Origin: an uncultured virus (IMG/VR IMGVR_UViG_3300034062_006192)
Lineage: Duplodnaviria > Heunggongvirae > Uroviricota > Caudoviricetes
Virus record (IMG/VR): IMGVR_UViG_3300034062_006192
DNA: 64,000 nt
Strand: one strand, 5' to 3'
A model generated the notes under the pieces. That model searched no databases and was not told where the DNA came from. It worked only from the letters and a program-made list of their open reading frames with translations. The position numbers and the translations under genes are program-made. Below are positions 1-8,473 of the stretch, piece after piece (position 1 is the first letter of the stretch; the number at the start of each line of letters is the position of its first letter).

Positions 1-116
1 TAGAATCAGGCCAACTCTTCCTCAATCTGCACCAAGAACGTTCATTAGGAACAAATCGGAGCGCAAACTGCGTTTCACGACCTTGTTGCCCAGAGCTTCC
101 CTAACGCACGCTCCCC

Positions 117-389
117 ATGGACGAATCAGCCACTGCCCGGTTCAGGGGCTACAGCCACCTGAGGAAAGAGTTCGCCGAGTTGAACATGCCTGGGCATAAC
201 TTTGTGCAGCTTGCTGAAACGAGCCGCTGCCTGCACATTCACCTGCGATCTGACGGCTCAGTGCCTGATGCAATTCAGGAGCTGTTCGACCGGCTGAACC
301 AAGAAGCCGCCTGGCTGGAGATCACGCAGCAGGAAGACGATTCCTTCACTTTTAGTGTTATCACTCCCATGCAAGCGCAAGGCGGCTGA
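117..389 (+). CDS. hypothetical protein
   Basis: 90-aa ORF with protein-like composition, 3 nt upstream of the next + ORF. Confidence 0.6.
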   Translation: MDESATARFRGYSHLRKEFAELNMPGHNFVQLAETSRCLHIHLRSDGSVPDAIQELFDRLNQEAAWLEITQQEDDSFTFSVITPMQAQGG

Positions 390-392
390 GAC

Positions 393-677
393 ATGACGGA
401 TTTCAGCAAGATCACTGCGATCACAGAAGGCTTCGCGTCTAGCTCCCCATTGATCGATGGTTGGACCTGGAGCACAGATCCGCCAGCAGGCGCCGGCTGG
501 TTCGCCGTCTTGTTGAGCTACGAAGAAGACGGCACCAGTACCCATGCCATGGTTTTCGCCGGAGGCCGTGCACGTACGTTCACTGCTGGGACTCTTCTCG
601 CCCATGCCGGCCCGTTCTCCGATCAAGCTACTGCCGAGGCATGGGGCTACGACCACGATCCAGACGATCAGGACTGA
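393..677 (+). CDS. hypothetical protein
   Basis: 94-aa ORF; its stop abuts the convergent gpF stop (TGA|TCA). Confidence 0.65.
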   Translation: MTDFSKITAITEGFASSSPLIDGWTWSTDPPAGAGWFAVLLSYEEDGTSTHAMVFAGGRARTFTAGTLLAHAGPFSDQATAEAWGYDHDPDDQD

Positions 678-2063
678 TCACACCTCCAGCTCCGCCACCT
701 CAATGACCATGGCCTCGTAGGCCTCGCGAGCGGCTGCATTGATCCAGCCCCGGGAGGGTGTCCAGACCGGATCCCCTGATGGCCAAGGCCTGGCGCCACC
801 GTTGGCTGGGTTGTTCTCAGTTTTGGGCCGGGGGGTGGTGGCCGGCAGGGCGGTGCGTTCCATCAGGGGGTAGTCCCGCGGGCCCCGGGGCTCACCGGTG
901 CCGCCGATCGGCCGCCAGGGCCTGCTGCTGGCCTCGTCGTACTTCTTGCGGGTCGCCGCGGCCAGGGCCTGCTGCTGATCCTCCCAGCGCTCGCGGCGGT
1001 TGGCCGCCAGCTGGTTCTGGATCACCAGCGCCTCCAGGGTGATCGGGGAGAGACTGCACCGGCATCGGGGATGGATGGGGGTCTTCACGCTGCCGGCGTA
1101 ATAGAGGCAGCCCATCCGGGGCGCGCAGAACTCGCAGACCCGATCGTCGGCGGTGGCCACGTACCGCACAAAGCCGACCCCGATCCGGCGGAAGGTGCGC
1201 TCCCTGGCCTCGCCGGCGGCGATGTGGGTTTCGGTGCGGGCCACGGTCTCGGCCCGGTTCCTGAAGGCGTCGTTGATGTGGGGCAGTCGGGCCTTGAGGG
1301 TGCGGGCCAGGGCGCGGCTGTCGACGCCGGTGGCCATCTGAGTGGCGGTCTCGAACTGCACGGCATCGCCCCAGTCGCGCCACCAGCGGAAGAAATAGTC
1401 CTTCGATGCCCAGACCCGATCGGAGGTGGCGGCGTTGCGCTGGCGGCGGTAGTTGGCGCTGAGGGTCTTGAAGTCCCGCTCCGAGGCTGCGATGACGGCC
1501 CCCAGGTTCAGGAGCCTGGTGAAGGACTGCCCCTCCTGGTAGGGGCTGCCCGGGGCCGGCGCATCGGTGGGGGCCGGTGGTGCCGCCGGTGGCAGCTGGG
1601 GATCCTGCAGCGACGGGTGGCGGCTGCTGAGCACGGCGGCCGGTGGGAGCATGTCCCGCGACAGCTCAAGGGCGTACTCAGTCCCCAGATCTTGGGCCCG
1701 GTTGTAGAGCTCCGTCAGCTCACGGTTCAGGGCTGCATTGGCTGCCCGATCGGCCGGGAAGCGGTTGATGATCGCCTGCAAGTCCTGGGCCAGCTGGCCC
1801 TGCAGGTAGAGGCTGGCCTGGTCTTTCTGCAGCGGGGTGATCGGCACCGGGCCATCCGGGGTGGAGCCCAGGAATGCGCCGGGGGTGGTGGCCGGGTCGT
1901 AGTCGGGCTGGGCCTCGATCCGCTCCAGGCGATCCATCAGGCTGCGGATGGTGCGGCGCAGCGCCTCATCGAAGATCCTCCGGAGCTTGCGCAGCTGCTG
2001 GTCCTCCAGGCCCCGCAGCTCCTGGTCGAGCTGCTCGATCAGCTCGATCGAGCGGTCAGCCAT
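678..2063 (-). CDS. phage head morphogenesis protein (Mu gpF / SPP1 gp7 family)
   Basis: RAETVARTET...ATADDRVCEFC...PIHPRCRCSL signature; lies downstream of the portal. Confidence 0.9.
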   Translation of the reverse strand: MADRSIELIEQLDQELRGLEDQQLRKLRRIFDEALRRTIRSLMDRLERIEAQPDYDPATTPGAFLGSTPDGPVPITPLQKDQASLYLQGQLAQDLQAIINRFPADRAANAALNRELTELYNRAQDLGTEYALELSRDMLPPAAVLSSRHPSLQDPQLPPAAPPAPTDAPAPGSPYQEGQSFTRLLNLGAVIAASERDFKTLSANYRRQRNAATSDRVWASKDYFFRWWRDWGDAVQFETATQMATGVDSRALARTLKARLPHINDAFRNRAETVARTETHIAAGEARERTFRRIGVGFVRYVATADDRVCEFCAPRMGCLYYAGSVKTPIHPRCRCSLSPITLEALVIQNQLAANRRERWEDQQQALAAATRKKYDEASSRPWRPIGGTGEPRGPRDYPLMERTALPATTPRPKTENNPANGGARPWPSGDPVWTPSRGWINAAAREAYEAMVIEVAELEV

Positions 2064-4164
2064 TCAGGGAGCCACAGAGCGCCCGCAGGCCATCGATCCG
2101 TTGCTGGAGCTTCCTCGGATGAGCTCGGCGATCGGCGGCCGCGGCCTGGTAGGCCTCCTGGAGCAGCCGCTGGATTCGCTCATCGCGGCTGTCGGTGCGG
2201 TTGTTGGGACCTGGGAACTTCTCCGCTTTGACCCGCGCAAGCAAAGCATCGAACATCGGCTCCATCTCTTCCGCCTGCTTGCGGGTGGGCCACAGCTCAT
2301 GTCCAGTAGGTTGGGTCAGGTAGGTGTTAACCCGTTTGGCCTTATCCAGCTTCAGCTGGACGTGGGCCTCGAATGCCCTGGCAAACATCTCCTCGCGGCT
2401 CGTCCAGTAGTCAGCGCTGATGCCTAAGCCGCCCTTCTTCATGCTCCGCACTGCCACCTGGACCTGATCTGCAAAGCCTGACTTGATCATCGACCACTGC
2501 ACCTGGTTCATGGACTCGATCAGCTCGGGGGTGCCTCTGTTCTGCGAAACGAAACCAGTGCCGCCTGCTGCGTAGTTGTCCAGCGCGTGCGCCCATTCGT
2601 GGGCAAAGGTGCCGACGCCGTTCTTGCGGGTGAGGTTGATCACCTTCAGGTCAGGCTCGAAGTGCGCCATGGCACCGCCTCGACCACGTGCACCAATAGC
2701 CAATCCCAAGGTGCCGTTTAGGCCAACTGCTCGGTCAGGCAGACCGGTCATGTCTGCCAGATCAACCATGGCTTCAGCGGCTTTCTGGACGTGGTGGCGG
2801 CGCTCATCGTCGGTGACCGAGTTGCCGTACTGCAGGCCGCGGAAGCCGAGCTTGTTGACGATGGTGTCGGTGGCGGCCTGGGCGGTGCTTCCAACCGAGC
2901 GGCCACCGACGCGGCGCTCTCCGGCCACGTAGAGGTCGGCGGCGCTGAATCGCTTCTTGCCACCCCCCTCCTTCCCGAAGGCGCTGCCGACAGTGGCGCC
3001 TTCCAGAATTTTCGTGCCGGTTTCCACGGCACGGGCCATAGATTTGCCTGCGTCAGATAAACCGGTTTCCGTTTTTAAGAACTTGGCGAACTCATTCATC
3101 TGCCCGTAGACAGTTGACGTCGAGCGCCCCGACATCATCAGTCGTTTCTGCATAGGCACCAGGGCATTAGCGGCTGGATTGAATGAATCTCTATAGGTCC
3201 TTGTATAGCCAGAACCCTCCAGGCCGCGGATGCGGTCGATGATGCCCCCAACTCTTTGCCCCAATGCCATGCGGAGCTTCCCGGGTGGCATGTCTTTGTT
3301 TTCTTCTACAAATGTACGAACTTCCTGAAAGGCGTCAAAGTATTGCTTGCGCACTGTTTTGGCGTCGACAGCTTGCTCGTCAGAAGTTGGTTTGCGGCCC
3401 GTGGCGCGGTCATACTCTGCGCTGTTCCGCTTACGCCGAGCGACGCCTTCGGTGTAGCTCTCAACGTCTTTTGCCGCAAGGTTTGGGAATGTCTTGAGGC
3501 TGTAGTGGGCCTCGAGGCGCGCAAGCACGTTCCCCTCATTGACACCACTGATCAGGTCCGTCGGGAAGTTCTTCATCAGGATGTCCCTGGTGAGGATCTT
3601 CTCCACTTGGCCACTGGCTTCGGCCTCCTCGATCGTTCTGAAAGCGTTGCGCCTGTGGCGGGCGGAGTCGACGATGTCCTCTCCTGCGTTGCCCACGGCC
3701 GAGGCCCGGGCGAACTCGTAATCCGGATCGCCTTCCTTGGCTGCCCGATCGGCCTCTCCCCTTGGCGTGCCGGCCGGGGCCTTGCCAGTGCTGGAGGGGG
3801 GCGTGGCCGCCTTGGCTGCTGCGGCCTCAGCCGCTTGCTTCTCTGCTGCTGCCTTGGCCTTCTCAGCGGCCACCTGCTGGCGCCCGCTGCGGAGCTGGCC
3901 CGCCTTCTCCCCCCGGCGGGTGGCGATCGCCCCGGCCAGCTCACCGGCCTCCTTCTGCCGCACCTGTGCAATCCCCCGCTGAGAGGAGGCCCCGCCGGCG
4001 GCAAGCGCGAGCAAGCGCTTCATGCGCTCCTTCCCCATCGCCGTTCGGGGAGTGGTGCGGCATTCCTTCCGCAAGCTGATGCAGGCGCTGCCGCAGCCGT
4101 AGCCGGTGCTGCACTTCTTCCGCAGGGCATCGAGTCGGTGCTGTAGCGAAACCGCCAGGCTCAT
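2056..4164 (-). CDS. large polyvalent-type protein: N-terminal Cys4 module plus C-terminal LPD1-like / zincin-like domain
   Basis: FRGLQYGN...LNGTLGLAIGARGRGGAMAHFEPDLKVINLTRKNGVGTFAHEWAHALD...YWTSREEMFARAFEA matches LPD1/DarA-like domains; translationally coupled to portal and gpF. Confidence 0.8.
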   Translation of the reverse strand: MSLAVSLQHRLDALRKKCSTGYGCGSACISLRKECRTTPRTAMGKERMKRLLALAAGGASSQRGIAQVRQKEAGELAGAIATRRGEKAGQLRSGRQQVAAEKAKAAAEKQAAEAAAAKAATPPSSTGKAPAGTPRGEADRAAKEGDPDYEFARASAVGNAGEDIVDSARHRRNAFRTIEEAEASGQVEKILTRDILMKNFPTDLISGVNEGNVLARLEAHYSLKTFPNLAAKDVESYTEGVARRKRNSAEYDRATGRKPTSDEQAVDAKTVRKQYFDAFQEVRTFVEENKDMPPGKLRMALGQRVGGIIDRIRGLEGSGYTRTYRDSFNPAANALVPMQKRLMMSGRSTSTVYGQMNEFAKFLKTETGLSDAGKSMARAVETGTKILEGATVGSAFGKEGGGKKRFSAADLYVAGERRVGGRSVGSTAQAATDTIVNKLGFRGLQYGNSVTDDERRHHVQKAAEAMVDLADMTGLPDRAVGLNGTLGLAIGARGRGGAMAHFEPDLKVINLTRKNGVGTFAHEWAHALDNYAAGGTGFVSQNRGTPELIESMNQVQWSMIKSGFADQVQVAVRSMKKGGLGISADYWTSREEMFARAFEAHVQLKLDKAKRVNTYLTQPTGHELWPTRKQAEEMEPMFDALLARVKAEKFPGPNNRTDSRDERIQRLLQEAYQAAAADRRAHPRKLQQRIDGLRALCGSLNG

Positions 4165-6128
4165 CCTTCTGCCCCATCCCCCGCAAGGTAGGCATCACAC
4201 AGGGCCCCCATCGCCACAAGGTCAAGGGCATTGATCTGGCGGATTGTGGGCTCGACGCCGATGGCATCACGGATCCCGCGCTGGTGCTGGTGCCCCATGG
4301 CCAGCAGGTAGGCGCCGCTGCTGGGCTCGAACACCTCCCAGGCGCCGCTCAGATCCGGACCCACCGCCACCGGGTAGGGCAGGGTCTGCCCGTAGGGGCC
4401 CATCAGGCGGCCGATGCCGGGGCCATCCATGCGGATCGACACCCCGAAGATCTGATGGATCTGGCCGGCGGCATCGCTGCGGGGCTCCTCATCCCGTCGG
4501 CGCTTGCGGCGGCCACGGTGCTCGGTGATCTGCTCGGCTAGTGCCTGGGCCCGCTCTTCGCAGGCATCACAGCAGGGCTCATCGGCGGCATCGTTGCGGG
4601 GCGGCGTCTGGGGCGGCGTGGCGCCCTCCAGCCCAGCATCACCGCCTGTGGCCGGAGCCTCCCCGGGGGTCGCTGCCGGGCCCCCCTCAAGGGTGCCGCC
4701 GAACTCCACCGGGGCCTCCTGCTTCGGCTGCGGGATGGATCCATCGTCCTCCCGATTCAACAGGGTGGTGTCCATGCTGAAGCGGGGCTTCCCGAAGCGG
4801 GCCAGGGCCACCTCGTTGGGCTGCAGCACACCGGCCTGGATGTACTGGGCGTCGGCTGTGGCGACCTTCGACCGCAGCTCAGCCTGTTCGTCTTCCGTGG
4901 GGGTGTAGGTGGGCCGGAAGGTGATCTCCCAGTCGGCGGGGGGGGCTTTCCCTTTCCATGGGCCTTCGGCGCAGGCCATCACCAACTCGTAGACCCGCCG
5001 CAGAGGCTCTTTGAGGTGCTGGGCCTGCCAGTCGGCCACCTCATTGCCAAAAGCGGCCTGCTCACTGCGGCCATCGGCCCCCAGGCCGGAAGGTGACTCA
5101 CCCCACAAAAGGGTGTGGGGGAGGCCTGATGCGCCGGTGATCTCGCTTTTAAGGTTGGCGATGATGTCGGCGATGCCGGCTGCCGAGCGATTGAGGTTGG
5201 TGAGCTCCTCGTTGTCGCTTAGGAGGTAGGCGCCGATGGTGCTGCGGGCCAGGGCGTTGGTCTGCAGGCGCTGGCGGAGCACATCTTCCCCACCTTTGGA
5301 AAGCATGTTGGTCAACCCCGGCAGCTTGTGCACCACCAGGTCGAAGTCGTGGAGGATGTCCGACGCCGATTGCTGGCCGGTCTCCCACCGCTTGAAGACA
5401 TCCCAGACCAGGTCCACCACGGAGACCCCCCACCCCTGCCGCTCCTGCTGTGACCGCCAGGAGCAGGGGAGCCCCTCGATGCGGATCACCCGGCTGCTGT
5501 GGATCTCAATTTGGGTGGCTTCGGTGAGGCCCAGGCCAGCACTGGTTACCACCTTGCTGCCGGCCTGATCGTTGAGCTTCTGCAGCTCCTGATCGGCCTG
5601 AGTCCAGAACCAATAGCTTTCCGGCTCGCCGATGCCGGACCAGCCGGCGGCGGGGTAGAGACGCCAACGATCGATCGGGTAGAAGCCGTGGATGGTCCGG
5701 AGCCGCTTGAGGTTCAGAGGCTTGTCGATCGGGGTGCGGTCGTCGGCGATCAGCACCAGGGCGCCACCGCCATAGAGGCGGCTGTAGGTGGCGGCCGCGG
5801 CCAGGCCCTGGCGGAGGTGGAGCTTTTCGGTCCAACCCACGACGTCATCGAGCTGGGCCTTCATGCGGCTGGAGGTTTCATCCCCCACCGACAGGTCCCA
5901 GCCGCTGCGGGTGCCCTGCTGGGGGAGTTTCTCCACGATCCGGCGGATCAGCCAGGACTGCTCATAGAGGGCATCGACAGCAGATTCAGAGAGGATCCGG
6001 CTGCGCTTGACGCCGATCGCTTCGTTTCGGTCCTTCGCGGTGCCCAGGCCGGTGAGGACGTTGATCAGGGCGCCATCAAGCCGCCACTCAGATCGGGAAT
6101 CAGCGGAGCTCAGGAAACCAATCGACAC
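4161..6128 (-). CDS. phage portal protein (DUF1073 type) with C-terminal extension
   Basis: LYEQSWLIRRIVE, SRLYGGGAL, IHSSRVIR, GLPHTLLWGESPSGL motifs; sits between terminase and gpF. Confidence 0.9.
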   Translation of the reverse strand: MSIGFLSSADSRSEWRLDGALINVLTGLGTAKDRNEAIGVKRSRILSESAVDALYEQSWLIRRIVEKLPQQGTRSGWDLSVGDETSSRMKAQLDDVVGWTEKLHLRQGLAAAATYSRLYGGGALVLIADDRTPIDKPLNLKRLRTIHGFYPIDRWRLYPAAGWSGIGEPESYWFWTQADQELQKLNDQAGSKVVTSAGLGLTEATQIEIHSSRVIRIEGLPCSWRSQQERQGWGVSVVDLVWDVFKRWETGQQSASDILHDFDLVVHKLPGLTNMLSKGGEDVLRQRLQTNALARSTIGAYLLSDNEELTNLNRSAAGIADIIANLKSEITGASGLPHTLLWGESPSGLGADGRSEQAAFGNEVADWQAQHLKEPLRRVYELVMACAEGPWKGKAPPADWEITFRPTYTPTEDEQAELRSKVATADAQYIQAGVLQPNEVALARFGKPRFSMDTTLLNREDDGSIPQPKQEAPVEFGGTLEGGPAATPGEAPATGGDAGLEGATPPQTPPRNDAADEPCCDACEERAQALAEQITEHRGRRKRRRDEEPRSDAAGQIHQIFGVSIRMDGPGIGRLMGPYGQTLPYPVAVGPDLSGAWEVFEPSSGAYLLAMGHQHQRGIRDAIGVEPTIRQINALDLVAMGALCDAYLAGDGAEG

Positions 6129-6165
6129 GGGCCAGTGCGCTTAGGCCCAGGGTAGGCCTGGCGAG

Positions 6166-7092
6166 TTGGCTATATCACTGGCCAACGACGTTACGCGCCA
6201 TAGGCTGGGGCCGAACATCAGCCCTAGTCCATTGGGCGCCCCGCTCGATTCGCTGCTCGGTTCGTATGCGCGGCTGCCCATCCCCTCCAGGGAGGAGCAG
6301 GTGTTGCTGGGTCGGGCCATCCGGAAGTGGCTGGACTGGGATCCAGCTCCAGAGAAGGCCCCGCCTGGTGTGCAGCGGGCCGGCCGGCGGGCGCGGGATC
6401 GGATGGTGGCCCGCAACATGCTGCTGGTGGCGACACAGGCCCGCTCGTTTTCGGTGTCCTCGGTGGTGGCCCTGGAGCCGCAGGACCTGATCCAGGAGGG
6501 TGCGATCGGGCTCACCAGGGCGGCGGAGAAATACGACCCCACGCGGGGCTTCAGTTTCGCGACCTATGCGGTTCCGTGGATCCGGCAGTCGATGACCCGG
6601 CTGGTGCACACCTCCGGATCGATTCGACTCCCAGTGAAGCGGGCATCGAAGATGCACCAGCTGCGCCAATGGGTGGAGGCCTTCACAGCCCGTGAGGGCC
6701 GATCACCGACGGATCAGGAGGCAATGGAGGGGATGGAGATCAGCGCTGCTGACCTGCTGATCCTGCGGCAGGCGGCCGCCGTGCGGCAGGTGGTTTCGCT
6801 CGATGCCTTGGATTGCGATCGCGAGGGGCGCGGGGATACCCTCCTCGCCACCATGGCGGCACCAACGACAACAGAGGACATTGCAAACAGAGAGCGTGCC
6901 CAAGTGTTGGAGGCGCTGAAACCCTGGCCTGATCTGCAGGAGATCATGGAGCGCCGGCTGGACGGGCACAGCTGCCAGGAGGCCGGCCTGGCGATGGGGC
7001 TCACCCGATTGGCCGCCGAACGGCTGTGGGAGCAAGCACTGGCGATGGCGCAGCACCTGATGGGCGGCGATCACTGGCACGGCAGGTGCTAG
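6166..7092 (+). CDS. RNA polymerase sigma-70 family factor (RpoD/SigA-like)
   Basis: Region 1.2 and region 2 motifs (RARDRMVARNMLLV, DLIQEGAIGLTRAAEKYDPTRGFSFATYAVPWIRQ); region 4 degenerate; start codon uncertain. Confidence 0.9.
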   Translation: MAISLANDVTRHRLGPNISPSPLGAPLDSLLGSYARLPIPSREEQVLLGRAIRKWLDWDPAPEKAPPGVQRAGRRARDRMVARNMLLVATQARSFSVSSVVALEPQDLIQEGAIGLTRAAEKYDPTRGFSFATYAVPWIRQSMTRLVHTSGSIRLPVKRASKMHQLRQWVEAFTAREGRSPTDQEAMEGMEISAADLLILRQAAAVRQVVSLDALDCDREGRGDTLLATMAAPTTTEDIANRERAQVLEALKPWPDLQEIMERRLDGHSCQEAGLAMGLTRLAAERLWEQALAMAQHLMGGDHWHGRC

Positions 7093-7256
7093 CTGGAGCT
7101 GTTCGTGACCGAGATTGAGATCGAGCAGCAGCTGCTCCTGTTCCCCCAGGCCGCGCCGGTGCTGTGGCGAAAGCGTCGGCGTCGCTCCTGAGATGGGATA
7201 GCACTGATGCGCTAGTTGGGAGTAAGTTCATCCCGGTATAACGACGTTGTGAATCC

Positions 7257-7544
7257 ATGGCGGAAACGGCCAACGGCCCTGGCCCTGCAGGCGAGATCCA
7301 GACCGAGCGCGGGCTGAGCCAATCACAGCAGCTCACGCTGAACGCCGTTAGGCAGTACATCGATCAGCACGGCATCCCGCCGAGCTTTCGCGACGTGATG
7401 GTGGTGCGGCAGCTGGCCTCCACCAGCACAATCCAGGCTCATTTCAAGCACCTCCAGGCAGCCGGGGCCATTGATGTGCGCGATGGAGTGCCTCGGTCCG
7501 TGCGGGTGCTGTGGCCCCGGCCAAAGCGTCGGAGGGGCGGTTGA
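7257..7544 (+). CDS. LexA-type DNA-binding domain protein lacking the S24 peptidase domain
   Basis: QQLTLNAVRQYIDQHGIPPSFRDV...STSTIQAHFKHLQAAGAI...PRSVRVL. Confidence 0.85.
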   Translation: MAETANGPGPAGEIQTERGLSQSQQLTLNAVRQYIDQHGIPPSFRDVMVVRQLASTSTIQAHFKHLQAAGAIDVRDGVPRSVRVLWPRPKRRRGG

Positions 7545-7834
7545 TGGGCTGGGGCGACTGGAGGGTGCCCGAGCTCACAGAGGAGGTTGAGTTTCGGCTC
7601 AAGGTGCAGGAACTGATGGTGCGAAGCACGTTCAGGCGCAATCCTGAGGCCGTGCTGCACCAGGCACTGCTGCTGGCCCGGGAGAAGGCAATTCTTGAAC
7701 GAACCGTGGAGAAAGCCCACCGGCGAATTATGGAGCTTGAGGTGGCAGCCGCTCTGGGTCAAGCAGGAGGGCGTAGCGAGGAAGGGCAAGCCAAGCGCGC
7801 CTGGCGGCCGTGGTGGTTTTGTCTGAAGCGATGA
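7544..7834 (+). CDS. hypothetical coiled-coil protein
   Basis: TGATG coupling to the LexA-like gene; begins MGWGDWRVPELTEE. Confidence 0.7.
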   Translation: MGWGDWRVPELTEEVEFRLKVQELMVRSTFRRNPEAVLHQALLLAREKAILERTVEKAHRRIMELEVAAALGQAGGRSEEGQAKRAWRPWWFCLKR

Positions 7835-8313
7835 TCCAGCCCGCCTACCTGGCGCAGCTGCGGCGAGAGCTGCGGGCGGAGCAGGCAATGACGCTGGTGC
7901 AGATCGAGCAGCTGGTGCCCGGGTGGTGGCCAACGCTCACCGATCTGGCGGAACAGCTGGGCAGCGAGCGGGCGACCCTGAACCGTTGCCTGTCCCGGCT
8001 GGAGCGGCAGGGCCTGCTGCGGCGGGTGACCCGGGGCAACGGGGGGGGCACCTGGATATGGTGGGTGAAGCGCTCCGCCGATGACCAGCCCAACGACATC
8101 GAGGCGCCTAGGTGGCGGCTGAGGGATCAAGCGGGTGGGCGGGCGCAGGAGATCATCGTCGGCCAGGAGCGGGCCTTCGCTTCAGCCAAGGGGATCCCGT
8201 TCAACACGGTGCGCAACTTTCTGGCTGGCCACCGGCCGCTGCTGGCGAAGCGGTGGAAACTGGTCAGCTCGCCCCTGCAGCTCGTTGACGAGAGCGAGCA
8301 ACTCGCTGCCTGA
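7831..8313 (+). CDS. winged-HTH DNA-binding protein
   Basis: TLTDLAEQLGSERATLNRCLSRLERQGLLRR; ATGA overlap with the upstream gene. Confidence 0.8.
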   Translation: MIQPAYLAQLRRELRAEQAMTLVQIEQLVPGWWPTLTDLAEQLGSERATLNRCLSRLERQGLLRRVTRGNGGGTWIWWVKRSADDQPNDIEAPRWRLRDQAGGRAQEIIVGQERAFASAKGIPFNTVRNFLAGHRPLLAKRWKLVSSPLQLVDESEQLAA

Positions 8314-8473
8314 GGTCTTCCCGGCCGGCTGGCGTGACAGCCCAGCAGCGGGAGCAGAGGCCATCACGGCCCGCACCACGGATCTGCTTCCCGCAGGTGG
8401 GGCACAGCCGCACCGGGGGGAGGGCGCCGGCCAGCCGGGCCCGGTAGCGGGCCCACTTTCTGGAGTCAGGCAT
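8264..8473 (-). CDS. small basic Cys4 zinc-finger protein (paralog of 59224..59430)
   Basis: MPDSRKWARYRARLAG..CPTCG..LCSRCW..TPAG; a clear paralog lies elsewhere in the window. Confidence 0.75.
   Translation of the reverse strand: MPDSRKWARYRARLAGALPPVRLCPTCGKQIRGAGRDGLCSRCWAVTPAGREDLRQRVARSRQRAAGAS

Noticed and set aside
4161..6128. Portal as an anti-CBASS Acb1 nuclease, a common automated label for DUF1073 proteins
   Set aside because: No pair of HxT/S 2H-phosphoesterase motifs seen; motifs and position indicate a portal
7090..7092. Genome-wide TAG recoding
   Set aside because: Other genes are intact under the standard code, several end normally at TAG, and no suppressor tRNA was seen
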